64,000 nucleotides of DNA from Octopus vulgaris (lineage: Eukaryota), in the NCBI GenBank assembly GCA_951406725.2, contig OX597814.1, forward strand, positions 91,388,001 to 91,452,000, given 5' to 3'. A program made the translations under genes and the position numbers. The notes beneath the pieces are model-generated. The model was not told the DNA's origin. It did no database searches and was given only the letters and a program-made list of their open reading frames with translations. Below are positions 42,011-56,050 of this stretch, in pieces; position 1 is the stretch's first letter, and every line of letters begins with the position of its first letter.

Positions 42011-42501
42011 GCGCTTGTATTCGTTTCATTCTCATCAACCGTCGATAATATATTACATTCACACCAACGTAACAGCTATGCCTATAGCTCATCGTTAGTT
42101 TTCAGTATTCATCATCAAAAAATAGGTGCACTTAAGTGAAATGCAAATTGTATCGATTATGCATTCTCCTTCCTTCCACCCACCAAAGTTGCCAAAGAAG
42201 GATAGTGAAGATAACTACTATTTGGAATTGATGCTAAAGCTTGCTCACAGCTCACAAGAAATTTTGTCTTTTACTCTTTGACATAAGCCGCATTTTTTAC
42301 CGGTTAACATTTTATCGGTTGAATGGAATATTCATTGTAGATTAAAAACTGTGTAATGCTGTAAATTATTTATAACTTGAACGTTTTCATGTTTTTAGTA
42401 ATGGAAAATGATTTCGATACAATTTAATGCATGGTTCTCCTCTTTGATTTTACATTATATACTTTACACACACACGCACACTCACACACGCACATGTGTA
42501 C

Positions 42502-42561
<60 letters not shown>

Positions 42562-42601
42562 ATATATATACATACATATATATATACATGTATGTATATA
42601 T

Positions 42602-42632
<31 letters not shown>

Positions 42633-43219
42633 CATATCTATATACACACATACACACACACTCACACACACACATAAACAAATATATTTGTATATATGTA
42701 TGTATTATGTGTGTAAGTATTAGCTTTTGGGCCTTTATAACTGCGTAGTGATTGCTAATGCAAATCTAATTCTAAAGATGATTTGTTTGTTCATTTTAAA
42801 TCTTGAATTTCCTTTTAGAATTTATTGTGTGAAACGGTAATGTGATGTCGGCACTAATGTCCACAACCTTATTTACTTCATGGAAATGTGCTGGGATATA
42901 GGTCTGACAGATGTAAAAGTGATAAATTTAATATGCGTAAATTCCTATGCTATATTACCCTCTTTTGTTTGTGCTTTTTCGTTTTGTTTTGGGTTTTATT
43001 TTCATCACTTATTGCATTAATTCGTTACATTAACTCGGTACATTAACTTAATCCATACATTGTTTTATCTTTATATTTCCTTTATTTTGCTAAGCAAACT
43101 TATTTTATTGGAATAATAATCCAGCGAACGAAAAATATTTAAGTAAGTTTTAATATAAAGTGAAAAAGTGCATGTCATTCAATAAAAGAAAGTTCATGGA
43201 CAATAAATCTTGTAATAAT

Positions 43220-43760
43220 AATAAGTTTAAGGTTTTCTTTTCTTTATTAACCAGTAAGGGTTGATAAATGTATTGAGGTGTGTTATTGCAAAAAATAAAA
43301 TGGAGAACAATAGAAACAAATATATATATATTCAAAGCATAGTTCTCTAATAGAAGTGAGATTTCTGAGGGCTGATCGTGAAAACTTCACAAAATGTCGG
43401 CTGCCCAGACCACTAAGAATATTATCCTCTCGAAGTTGTCCTCTAATCTACAGGCACATAGTCAGAGAAGGCCCGTTCACTCGGAATATGCTTGCAACTC
43501 TTATCCACAAATCCACAAATATTATAGGAGGCAGACATTTACTCTCCATGCTCAATCTCCTTTTCATGTGATACGTTAATCAGTTGATGAGAGATTGTCT
43601 AATGCAAACCCTGTCGTTCCTCAACATTTCCTGCCTTATCCATCACAGTGCCGAGTCCACCAGACGGAATGTCTTTCATCCCAGCACAATGAAGACGATG
43701 GGACAATCTTCACAATAGTTTCAGATGAGTTCATTTTCAATAATACTTGACTTCAACTGC
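43220..43760 (-). mobile_element. 3' fragment of Tx1/L1-like LINE, homologous to 10342-11058
   Basis: Minus frame QSLIN*LTYHMKRRLSMESKCLPPIIFVDLWIRVASIFRVNGPSL parallels QALNNFFKFQLKGKMMVGGEVLSPRNFDK..VNHIRMVQVNEPNL. Confidence 0.55.
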
Positions 43761-45688
43761 TCAGATTCGGCCTAGCTTGTCAGCTCCAGCCTGTGTACTG
43801 CATGTTTGTATATATGTATGTATGCATGTATGTATGTGTGTATGCATGCATGTATGTATGTATGTATGTATATATTTATGTATTATGTATGTATATATGG
43901 ATGGATGGATATATGTATATATGGATGTAAGTGTGCAGGTTCGTATGTCTGTGTCTGTGTGCGTGTGTGAGTGTGTTTGTGTGTGTGTGTGTGAGTGCGT
44001 GGTTGTGTATGCGTGTGTTTATGTGAATTGGGGCTCCCAATTACTGTTTAAAAACCACGGAGGCTCGATTTGTATATTAGTCCTGCTATGGATAATTTAT
44101 GAAAGGTTTCTAAGGTTCACAACTCCCTCTATTCGTGGTAAATATAATCTCGCTTTGCCAGGTTTCGCGGGCGGGAATGGTGGAATTTTCGTTGCAGTGG
44201 AAAAGCTATATTTGTTGATGTTGCTACTGTGGTGGTGGTGGTGGTGATGGTGGTGTTGGCTGTATTTGTTTTACTCTTATAATGAATTGGGTGAACCAAT
44301 AAGTATTTTATTCAACAGCAGCCTATGAGAAAATTGGGAGAAGGTGTACCATACAATAAAATACTAACCTTAATCCACAGGCCAACAAACAACTGTGCTA
44401 TTGATTGCATCGACGTCATCACTCATTCCACTAGTTTTGTATTTTACTTACAATAAATATAATGGATGGTAATAAAATGGTGGCTGCACACAAGCATATT
44501 AATTTGGTGATTAACGGCAACACATCAGTTTTCTTAATTCAACATCTAATCTTTGGGGAACAGAATCAGAAATTACTACTACGCCGCCTTCACCACCACC
44601 ACCACCGCCGCCGCCGTCGCCAACACAACCACCACCACCATCGTCATCATCATCATCATAATTATCATACCGCAAGCATCTCCATCACAAGCCTGCCTAA
44701 GAGAATATTGGGTCAATTACATTATTGTCGCTTGCGTATTACATCCTTAATTTGTATTGCCTGTCACAGAATATATATCTTGTGTTATACTAGCAAACAC
44801 AAAGATAAAAAGAAGTACCTGCATATCAGCTATAGGTTCTGATATCCTTGATAGCTGTTAAAATATATTCACGACGTTCAATCGTTATCACTAAATGGTC
44901 ATGCTGAATTTGTATCCCTTTCAAATTAGGTTTCCGTAGTCATACTGACTGACTAAACGAAATTGTCTGACGCATTATGACACGGATTTTCAGATTTGTA
45001 TTCAGTCATTTGTGTTAAACTTTACACTGAGCCTAGTTAGCGAAGCGATACACTGAACAAACACTTGCTCGATTGTCAGCTCAACAGGAAAGCAATAATC
45101 AAAATAAAACAAAGAAAGAAAGAAAGAAAGAAAGAAGAAAGAAAGAAAAAAAGAAAGAAAAAAAGAAAGAAAGAAAGAGAGAATGAAAAATTCTGTAACA
45201 GACAAATTAACAACTAACAGGAATTCGACAACCTCGAGTGAATTGATTTAGTGATTCAAGAAAAGTAGAAAAGAAAACAAAAGACACAACATGAATAAAT
45301 TAGAAAAAAAAAAATTTGTTTTGTGACAAGTCAAATTAATAACAAACAGGAATTCAACCACCTAATTTCGGCGGCGGTTTATAGTTTTCAGTTCGAATTC
45401 ACACCTGTAATATTTCAAAAATATATAGGAACAAAGAATACACAGTTTTGCTTTAAAATAAGTTCAGAAGAATTCAGTGGTACTTCTTGTGGCGTGCAGT
45501 GAAAAAGAGCGTGCCAATATGAAAAACTGAATTATGTTAGGGTAATAAAACTAGATGAAAAATCACTTGACTTTTTCGAATGACTCGCTTCCACAAAGAT
45601 ATTCAGTACTTATGGTTTCTATGAAAGTTAAAACTCTCCTTCTACATTAGGGACATACTACAAAAATATAATTTGGAAGGAGTGAGAT

Positions 45689-46095
45689 AGGCGCAGGAGT
45701 GGCTGTGTGGTAGGTAGCTTGTTTAGCAACCACATGGTTCCGGGTTCAGTCCCACTGCGTGGCACCTTGGGCAAGTGTTTTCTACTATAGCCTCGGGCCG
45801 ACCAAAGCCTTGTGAGTGGATTTGGTAGACCGTCGTATATATGTATATATGTATATATATATATGTATGTGCGTGTATGTTTGTGTGTCTGTGTTTGTCC
45901 CCCTAGCATTGCTTACAACCGATGCTGGTGTGTTTATGTCCCCGTCACTTAGCGGTTCGGCAAAAGAGACCGATAGAATAAGTACTGAGCTTACAAAGAA
46001 TAAATCTCGGGGTCGAGTTGCTCGATTAAAGGTGGTGCACCAGCATGGCCGTAGTCAAAATGACTGAAACAAGTAAAAAAAAGAAGAAAAAAAAG
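45689..46095 (+). mobile_element. SINE family A
   Basis: aggcgcaggagtggctgtgtggtagg...gggttcagtccc...tgactgaaacaagtaaaa with an A-rich tail. Confidence 0.9.
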
Positions 46096-46333
46096 TAACT
46101 TATCTTTCATCTTTTACTTACATAAGTCAGTCGGCTGAGGCCATCTTGGGCACCGACTTGAAGGGATTAGTCGAACACCGGCACAGTCTGGTAATTATGT
46201 TATCGGCATCTTTTACCAAACTACCAAGTTATAATACGTAAACTAGCAATGGTTTTCAAGTGGTGGTGGCTGCCTTGGTGATAGTGGGGCTAGCTCAACA
46301 CAAAAGCATATAAACACGCTCACATATATTTTA

Positions 46334-46373
<40 letters not shown>

Positions 46374-46374
46374 A

Positions 46375-46436
<62 letters not shown>

Positions 46437-46438
<2 letters not shown>

Positions 46439-46623
46439 GGGGAGAATTAAAAAAAAACAAAAGACGAAGACAGGTGGTGTAGACAACAAACAGAGGTATT
46501 AGTATAACGCTCGAGAAGTGAAAAAGTCTTTAACGTTTCGAGCCTACGCTCTTCAACAGAAAGGAACACAGAAACATACAAGGGGAGAATATAAAGGTGT
46601 AGTGGCTAACGATCTATCATGGC
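46437..46623 (-). mobile_element. Hammerhead-bearing short element next to (TA)n
   Basis: Minus 46563-46528: cttt CTGTTGA a gagc gtag gctc GAAA cg TT aaag. Confidence 0.65.
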
Positions 46624-46905
46624 AGTGAATCCAAATAAAAACAAGCAAGAAAAAACAACAACGCGAGGACGTCGTATACGTGCTGTGCTATTGGACGCTC
46701 AGGAAAGGAAAGAAAAGAAAGCGAATTTCACGTTTCGAGCGGAGCTCTTCATCAGAAGTGAGGATGAAAATCTCCAACGATACATGCGCGGTCACATATT
46801 GCAATGTCCGGAAGGGAATGGGTGAAGAAAAAGTTCTATCTAAGGCAGTAGAGTGCAAGAGAAGGAGGTATGTGCGTGTTGTCACTGGGTCGATAGCGGT
46901 AAATT
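46624..46905 (-). mobile_element. Second, related hammerhead-bearing short element in tandem
   Basis: Minus 46759-46725: actt CTGATGA a gagc tcc gctc GAAA cg TG aaat. Its end (aatccaaa...caacaacgcgaggacgt) recurs at ~22115-22165. Confidence 0.65.
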
Positions 46906-47949
46906 ATGTATGTATATATCTATATCTATATCTATATCTATCTATATATATATACTTGCCATGTAGCGGCACAGTGGACTGAACATAAAATCACATGGTT
47001 GGGCATCAAGCTTCTTTCCCGCCTATATGATGATGAATTACTTCTTATGTTACCCTTGTATACTGCGCAACATAAGCCATAGTTCGATAAACACGTTAGT
47101 CATTCCAATTAGTGTTTTATTAATGTTTTCTTTGTATTTCCGTTTGTATTATTTGCTTTATACATTTTAATATATTAGTTACAAGACGTTAATTAAAGAA
47201 TACTGTCTGAAATTACACTTGAACTGTAAGAATGCCTTTTAACTGTATAGATTGTAATAAGCTGGACTGAGAGAAGAAAGAAACTCATTCTTACGTCATA
47301 GCTATGGTTGCTTTGGTCTAGATATTTGAATGTATTTATTTTCAATGCTTTCATATTTTCGCAGAATAAAACAAGCCCCCACCTAAAACGCTCTATGAAT
47401 CGACTGTGACTACATTAGGGTTTGCGAAGATATAAACAGCCTCGATTACATCATAAGCAAATTGCAAGCATCCCAAATTTGATAACGCACCATAGCTTCA
47501 AATAGATTTTTGCTATTCGCTTTTTGGATACAAAACCAATTTCTGTGTTTCTTTGAACAGATGATAAACTTCTAAGATGAAAAAAAAAACTGGCTGTTCG
47601 ATAAGCCACAGTTTATATAATACATCATACATACATACACACACACATACATGCATACATACATACATACATACACACACATACATAAATACATACATAT
47701 ATACGTAGGAGGCAGAAATTTACTCTCCATGCTCAATATATGTGTGTGTGTGTGCTTGTGTGTGCATGTATATGTGTGTGTATGTTTGTGTGTATGTATA
47801 TATTTATTTGTACATACAAGTGTACATACATGCGATCATACTTACATACAAAAACACACAGATACATATTATTTATTTGCTGTGAACTTACATAACAGCA
47901 AAATGTTACAGTCATTAGAACACTGAATACCATGCTATTTCGGTGTTTG

Positions 47950-50400
47950 TTCCGTTCCTTTGCTGCCATCAATGTGGAACTCTGCGCTTGTTCAGTTCGA
48001 AGTCGCCACATATAGTTCCAGGGAAGAGCGAAAGTTTCATGAATTTTTTTTTTATCGTGGGCAGAACTTTTTGTGATGCCCCTTTTAGTGCTGAGCATTC
48101 AGTACTGGATGCTAACCTCCTGTAATTGAGAAATAAACAATAAGGTTTCTATCAGTTGAAACGACAAACGAATAGTAGCAGCAGCTGGAAAGCCAATGAA
48201 AACAGAGTTGCTGTGGTTTTAGCAAATGAGCGGCTCGGATGCCGATATATAAGGATGTCAAGCACTACGCGCCATAAAAGCCACGAGGGTCGTTTCAAAG
48301 AAAGTGATCCTTTAAAAAGACTGTTGATCTCTTCCTTAGGTTCTTAACATATGGATTATTTGTATGTGCGTGTCTTACTGTGTGTAATCGTGTGCCTGTT
48401 TGCGTGTCTGTATTATGTATATGCGTGCACTTGGGGTTCTGTGAGTGTGTGTGCGTGTTTGTGCGGGCGCGCATGCGTGTGTATGTGTGTATATATACGT
48501 GTACGTGTAGACAAGATTATAGCTGTTTCGATGCTGATACTTTTTAGCCGGTTTAATTTGAGATTGCTACCCGGATGATCATTGTCCAAGGTTTTCCGAC
48601 AGGTTTCTATTACTGTCGAGTACCAGCAAATGAAATCCATTCTCGGTTCCACCGATATAATTTTGCTTTTCAACACGCGTCAGTTCTTTGAAAGCTGCTG
48701 ACATGGCTTGTATCGTTAAGGATTAATGGTAGTACTTCAACTGTTTGTGTCAGTGCTTCGACTGTTCAATGACTGATATCGACAATCACTATAAGCCAAT
48801 GTTACTCTAATTATTGAATAATTGATTTGAAGTTGCAACGTGCCTTGCTTCCAACACAACAATGTAAACTGTAGCATGCATTTCAATTACCAGCGATGGA
48901 GCACAATGATACCGCATAAGTGTAGGACATTGGAAATCTTAGAGTGACAGTTGTAGATGAGAAACTCATTTGCTTTGTTCGTTTCTTAGTTTGTACATAA
49001 ATTTCATACCAGATCTGTAAAACAATGTATATCTGTGTGAAGGTTGAGCCCGAGTCCATGATGTATGCCACTACGTATTTCGAACCAATAAATCCCCTTT
49101 CTGTAAGCACCGATCATGAATCCATTCAAGTTGATAACCCTTATCAGGGCGATCAATTTGAAAGGAATACCACCGAATTGGAGAACTTACCCTGCAGAAT
49201 CGAATGTTGTGGTGAAGCGGACTGTGAACTTCCGTAGTCAATGCTTTGATCCAAACTTCATCGAAGCATAAACAAGTTGCTTATACAAACATCCTTTGTA
49301 TGAGCACGTTGCAATGTTCCATTGGTCTCTTGCAATGTTCATGTGTTATTTGGAAACGATTAATGAGATGTTTGCGAACGTTTTGACATCGACGTCAAAC
49401 AGACACATACCCTAAATTCTTGTACTATTTCAATTTCCCAGAGTTTCCAGATAATTTCGTGTTACAATGTTGCAATTGGATAGATACTGTACGTGAAGAA
49501 ATCAGTCGAAATATAATCTTCACTGGTTGTCATTTTGATCTCTTCAATGACAGAACAGACACTTTCATATGAGGGATCCATTCATTAGGGGTAGAGTAGG
49601 GCTTCTAGTACACAAAATTTTGAGTAATGCGATCTTGAAGATGAATAATAAAATGCCTAACCGAATTGCCAATAGTATTGCCCATGCATTGATTGATATG
49701 TCATTCGTTGTATGGGTTTATTGAGCTTTCTACCGTCTTGAGGAGCTGCTTCATTCCCCATATCATTGGCGATTAGATCCCAATATGCATTTCAATCTTC
49801 ACTAGCGAATGTTACAATGAATTTCTGTAGAGTCTGGCGATGGGTGTAAATTCATACACTGGCTGTTTGGGCCTCATTTATTAATTGATTGGTCCAGGCC
49901 AGCTCAACAGTCATTCCGATTTCGTTTCCTGGGGATAAGGGATACTGTTGCTGTTGTTTCAACCTCGAGTTTCATCTTTGCCCATTCAGGGTCGGCGTCA
50001 TTGATGTGACAGGCATAGAGATGTACAAAGCGACTGTTCACTTCAATTAGAGAAAGTTCTTCGTATTCTTTCCTCCTCATGAATTAAAAATCGAAACTTT
50101 GTGGCTGAGCATCGTGAAAATTAGCATTTCATTGAAGACGACACAAACTAAAACAGGATCTTTATTGAAGTGTTTACAAGGCCTTTTTCTTCAACAGATT
50201 TGGTCAGCCAAAATAAATTATTTCTACGGAGAGCTGATTAGAATATAGTGGATTTAGTTTTGTTCCGTTTCGAATGTGAAGTGTCTGGTACAGAGATAAT
50301 GATTTAGGCGTTGAGTTCATGTATTAGATTTCACCTCCTACATCACCATGTCTGTACTTGGCACTCCAGGAGGACTTTAATAGTGAAAACTACACGTTCC
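47950..50400 (-). pseudogene. Decayed RTE-clade LINE (APE endonuclease and RT)
   Basis: Minus-strand remnants in order: N*IHYILIS (cf. NQIDYIL), PEWAKMKLEVETTA..RKRN, GIPFKLIALIR, FEIRSGIHHG (cf. SGVRQG), degenerate YADDIVL (~48915), AAFKELTRV. Confidence 0.7.
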
Positions 50401-51779
50401 AGGTGAAGGAAAAGCAGCATAGGCTACTATATGTAAAATCATAAGGAATGGATATTTTTAAAACGTCGCATTTTCCCCGTAATTTATAACTCCTGGCAAT
50501 GATCAGCACATGTTTTTGGCTGTTCCTATCAATAATAGGAACTGGAGTAGTATTTGAGAACCATGTTCAAGTGTTCAAGAAACATTATGTAATATATATC
50601 TCAGTCAAACACAAGGAAAGTAAGAATTATAAACATTTCTTGAAAATTCTCCTTAATCATGCGCACGTACAAACACACCCACATGCGCACACAAAGGCCC
50701 ACACACATACACGCACGCACACACACACACACACACACAAATACACTCATACATATATATAAACATGAATATACCAGTATATGCAAATGCTTGAGTATAC
50801 TTGCATGTCTACAAGTCACTTGTGTAGTGACTACCTAATATCAAGTTTCCGATAAGTAGAAATTCAATTATGCAACAATAATTAAAGGGTGCGGAAGGAC
50901 GAGGCTGAAATAACATTGAATCATATATAAAAATATTGATAGAACTAAATATATTCTCGATGACAGCGATAGACAGAGCGAAAGACAAACAGGCAGACTG
51001 AGAAGAGCAAAATATGAGAGAAAATAGAGCATTCTCCGTCACAATACATGTATGTATATATCTATTGATATCCATATGTATTTACACACACACACACATA
51101 TACATACACACACACAGACATATATACTTATCTGGTTCTATATCAAATGAAACGTACATAATTACTATCTTTCTATCTTCGTATATATTTAAGTGTCTGT
51201 TAATAAATACAATTTTGACAGAGAGCAATCGACGGTCCTCGTTCAATTATCGACTTCAGCTAAAGTGAAGATTCCAGTTTAAGTCAGTTGCTAGATTCGT
51301 TAATACAGACATGGGTTTAACTTTTATTTGCATTTATATTTTTATCTTATTAACTTATAGGTCACAATACATTAATTAAAATACAGAGAATTATTAACGA
51401 CGAAAATTAATCATGGCCAGTAATTATTCTTTTCATGTATGGAGATCAGAAAGAATAGAATGAAGGAAAAAAATTTAGTCGTTGCCATGTTATTGTTATG
51501 ATTCGTGAAAATACTTTCTCTTACAATGCCTTCTCATAGTAGCAGAACAAAACAAATGCTCACCTTAGACCTTTATATCTTGTCTATAAGACAGATTTTA
51601 GGATGGACTAGGGAAGAAATAAACACATTTTCTTTTGGGTTACCTCACTAGCAAATGCAACGATGCAAACTTTAATAAGGCAGCATTACTTAAAACTGAT
51701 TTTCACTTACGAATGCATATTATACGTTCAAAAACTTCGGTCATCCGAGAGTCTCGAAGCCATTGTTAGGCAAATGTTG

Positions 51780-51905
51780 GATAGCGAGATGGCAGAATTG
51801 TTAGCGCGACGCGCAAAATTCTGAGTTCAAATTCTGTCCGGCTCGACTTTGCCTTTCACCAAGTTCGATAAAAAGAGTACCAATTGAACATTGAGGTCCA
51901 TGAAA
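51780..51905 (+). mobile_element. Degenerate SINE family B
   Basis: ggcagaattgttagc...ctgagttcaaatt...cgactttgcctttcac. Confidence 0.6.
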
Positions 51906-52022
51906 TCATCTTACCCACTTAACCAAAATTCCTAGGCTTCAGCCATTGTTACGTATATATAAAAGAGTGTACAATTAAAAGAAGCAATATATATGAGTGT
52001 GTATGTGTGCGTGTGTGTAAGC

Positions 52023-52086
<64 letters not shown>

Positions 52087-52218
52087 TTATATAAACATAT
52101 ATATATATATATATATATATTTATAAATATATATAATTGTACATATATATATATATATATATAAAAATATATATAATTGTATATATATATACATTTATCT
52201 GTGTGCCTGTGTGTGTAA

Positions 52219-52291
<73 letters not shown>

Positions 52292-52604
52292 CTAATGTGT
52301 CCGTCTGTTTTAATTTACATAAATTCTATGCCTTTGTGCAGCTGACAATTGCTCTGCATTTAAATTGATGTAGTGGTTGCATTGTTCAATTAAATGGAAT
52401 TGCGTGAAAGGATCGTACTGATTTACCTCTGGATATCATTGTTGCTTATTTTCATTTTCATCATCTTATTTTGAAATTGTATGGATAATACTGTACTAAA
52501 TTTTGGTGCCTCAACTTAAGTACATTATTCATCTGAAACTAAATTTTTGCTAAACTCATCTATATATACATGTGTATATGTATGTATGGATGGATGTATG
52601 TATG

Positions 52605-52669
<65 letters not shown>

Positions 52670-52671
52670 GT

Positions 52672-52980
52672 GGAGGCGCAATGGCCCAGTGGTTAGGGCA
52701 GCGGACTCACGGTTGTAGGATCGCAATTTCGATTCTCAGACCGGGCGCTGTGAGTATTTATTGAGCGAAAACACCTAAAGGTCGACGAGGCTCCGGCAGG
52801 GGGTGGTGGCGATCCCTGCTGTACCCTTTCGCCACAACTTTCTCTCACTCTTTCTTCTATTGGCCTGCTCGCTTAGCCAGCGGGATGGCATCATTTGAAG
52901 GCTAAAACAATGCGAAGCGCATTGTGACCAGCGATGTGTAGCAACATCTGATAGCCTGGTCGGTACGGTGATCACGGTGA
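52672..52980 (+). mobile_element. tRNA-derived SINE family C
   Basis: A-box tggcccagtggtt and B-box tttcgattc. A near-identical inverted copy lies at 57788-58087. Confidence 0.85.
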
Positions 52981-53062
52981 TATTATATATATATATACGT
53001 ATTTATAAATATACATACATATATATGTATATATGTATCACACTCATATATGCATATTTAGA

Positions 53063-53212
53063 TAGGCGCAAGGTTGTGAGGTATAAAGCTTGCTTCCCAC
53101 CCATATGGTTCCGGGTTCAGCTCCACTGCGTGACACCTTGGGCGAGTGTCTCCTCCTATAGCCTCGGGCCGACCAAAGCCTTGTAAGTGGATTTGGTAGA
53201 AGCCCGTCGTAT
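53063..53212 (+). mobile_element. SINE family A, 5' half
   Basis: Matches the head and CORE-like block of the other family A copies. Confidence 0.75.
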
Positions 53213-53259
53213 ATGTCTATCTATCTATCTATCTATCTATCTATATATCTATCTATCTA

Positions 53260-53322
<63 letters not shown>

Positions 53323-53388
53323 TTATATACATATATATATATATGTATCTATATATATATATATATGTATATATACATAAATATATAT

Positions 53389-53427
<39 letters not shown>

Positions 53428-53490
53428 TATATATATACATATATATCTATATATATGTATCTATATCTATATTTATATATATATACATAA

Positions 53491-53567
<77 letters not shown>

Positions 53568-53854
53568 GTTATTTAAACAGACAAATATAATCTCTAATGC
53601 CTAAGACTATACTACAATGGCATATATGGGCAATTTAAGTTGGATTGTCTCTTGACTATAGGCTGAAAAAGATGTAAGGAGTCTATTTGTCTATTTATGT
53701 ATTTGTATTATTTTTATTTTATTACTAATTTGCATATTGATGTATATTGTTTTGTCCGATTTTCATGTTCCTATTTGTATATATATATACACATGCACAT
53801 ATGTATATGAGATAATTATCCCTTAGAGGTATTAAAACCCCTAACTGATACCTA

Positions 53855-53896
<42 letters not shown>

Positions 53897-53904
53897 GTAT
53901 GTAT

Positions 53905-54720
53905 ATCACTCGCTGGGAAGTTTTATTTCTGAAGCTGAGGCTGAAGGAATGGTACCTGGTGCTGTTACAAGTACATGCACCAAATAACGAGGCGATTAAG
54001 GCTTTGAGATGTGTCGAGGTTGCTGGAGAGGGGGAAATATGTCCTGAAATACTAAAAGCCTGGCTGACTCGTGCGTGCCAGGTTTCTTGAACCTCTGTGA
54101 AAACACTAAGCAATGGTCTAATAATCCTAAATTTTAAAATGGAAACAAAAGAGAATGCTTCAATTGTAGAAGAATACTATCGATGAACTATGTCTACGCT
54201 ACGTGTTTGAGAAAGAGATGTAAGAAATTGTTGACTACTAACTGAAAAACAGCGTAGCTTCTGTCATGCATTCAGCACAACCAAAGAGATGATCACTCCA
54301 CGGAAGATGTTAAAGATATCAAGAGTAATGTCACTACGTGACACGTGCTTTTTAGGCCTCGAAAAGCATACAACTGGGCACAGCGTGATATGCTGTGGAT
54401 AGTTTTGTTGGAATTTGGGATTAATGGGCAACTTCTCGTTCACGAGAAGTCCTTATACGAACGCCCAAATACGTGTGTTCGGATAAATGGTGCTATGTCG
54501 AAACCTTTCACAGTGGACAGGAAATCTGCAGGAGTAGGTATTGCCATCTCTTCTTTTCATTATATTTATGAAGTGGATTGGCACGCGCAGCCGTGAGCGT
54601 AAAATCGGTCGGTTGATATATGGAAATACCTGGCTCATGAAATGATCAGTGGTGAGTGCTGAGGGGAAAGATGAAAATTAGTGCTATGAAAACTGAGAGC
54701 TAAATAATTGCACCTTCAAG
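53905..54720 (+). pseudogene. Internally deleted RTE-like LINE fragment
   Basis: LVLLQVHAPN joined to EAIKALRC.EVAGEGEICPEILKA, then CFLGLEKAYNWAQRDMLW...FGINGQLL...SLYE...CVRING.MSKPF. Confidence 0.7.
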
Positions 54721-54906
54721 ATCCATTGATATATCGGAAGAACCTTTTGAAGAAACTTTTGGGGGTACAGGTTATCAGAATATTCTCAAATGATCGAAGT
54801 TTTCCATTTCACTCTATTAGAATATTACGTATGTGATACCGTGCCGTCTTGGTGTTTAGAACTAGGAACGCAGTTCTCAGTCATTTACCTCCAGTTAGTT
54901 TCATTT

Positions 54907-55166
54907 TACTCTTGCAGATTTCCTATCCACTGTGAAAGTTTTCGACATAGCACCATTTACCCGAACACTCGCATTTAGGCATTGGTAAGGGACTTCTCGT
55001 GAACTAGAAGTTGCCCATTAATCCCAAATTCCAACATAAACTACCCGCAGCATATCACGCTGTGCCCAGTTGTATGCTTTTAGAGGTCTATAAAGCAAGT
55101 GTCACGTCGTGACATTACTCTTGATATCTTCCACATCTTCCATGGAGCGATTATCTGGTTGGTTGT
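54907..55166 (-). repeat. Inverted duplicate of RTE segment 54277-54536
   Basis: Collinear reverse-complement match over ~260 bp with scattered substitutions. Confidence 0.85.
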
Positions 55167-55625
55167 AGGGCAGTGGACTCGTGGTCGTAGGATCGCGGTT
55201 TCGATTCCAAGACCGGGCATTGTGAGTGTTTATTGAGCGAAAACACCTACATGGGGTGGTGGTGAACCCTGCTGTACTCTTTCACAATGTTCTCTCACTC
55301 TTTCTTCATGTTCCTATTGTACCTGTATTTCAAAGGGCCAGCTTTGTCACACTCTGTGTCACGCTGAATCTCCCTGAGAACTACGTTAAAGGGTACATGT
55401 GTCTGTGGAGTGCTCAGCCACTTGCACGTTAATAAATGAGATGCGACGTCACTGGTGCCAAGCTGTATAAGCCTTTACCTTTCCCTTGGATAACATCGGT
55501 GGTGTGGAGAGAGGAGGCTGGTATGCATGGACGACTGCTGGTCTTCTGTAAACTACCTTGCCCAGACTTGTGCCTCGGAGGGTAACTTTCTAGGTGCAAT
55601 ACCATGGTCATTCATGACCGAAGGG
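55167..55625 (+). mobile_element. SINE family C variant with a different 3' tail
   Basis: Head agggcagtggactcgtggtcgtaggatcgcggtttcgattcc matches 52672. The sequence diverges after ctctcactctttctt. Confidence 0.7.
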
Positions 55626-55661
55626 AGTCACACACAGTTTCATTTACATATATATATATAT

Positions 55662-55709
<48 letters not shown>

Positions 55710-55736
55710 ATGTGTGTGTGTGTGTATGTATGCATG

Positions 55737-55770
<34 letters not shown>

Positions 55771-55827
55771 TGTATTTTTGTTTCATATTCTGCATTAATA
55801 TCTTTTCTTCATTAATATACATATTGA

Positions 55828-56050
55828 TGAAAGCGGTGAGCAGAAAGAATTCTTTGCACGTCGGTGAAAATGTTTAGCGACATTTCATCCGTCTTTACGT
55901 TCTGCGTTCAAACTCCGCCGTGGTCTACTTTGCCTTTTATCCTTTTGTGTCCGATGAAATAAGTACCAGTTGAATACTGACGAGCGATCTCATGGACTTA
56001 TCCTCTCCACAAACTTGCTAGAATTATCCCCTCCCTAAAATTGAAACTAA
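55828..56050 (+). mobile_element. SINE family B, diverged
   Basis: aaagcggtgagc...cgttctgcgttcaaactccgcc...ctttgccttttatcc...aagtaccagtt. Confidence 0.7.

Noticed and set aside
50328-50402. Plus-strand AG...GT-bounded 75-nt open frame resembling an exon
   Set aside because: It overlaps the antisense of the RTE endonuclease remnant and has a poor polypyrimidine tract.
53565-53770. TA-flanked insert with short inverted match (agacaaata/tatttgtct), possibly another pLTR-like element
   Set aside because: No convincing hammerhead core and the arms are too short to support a call.
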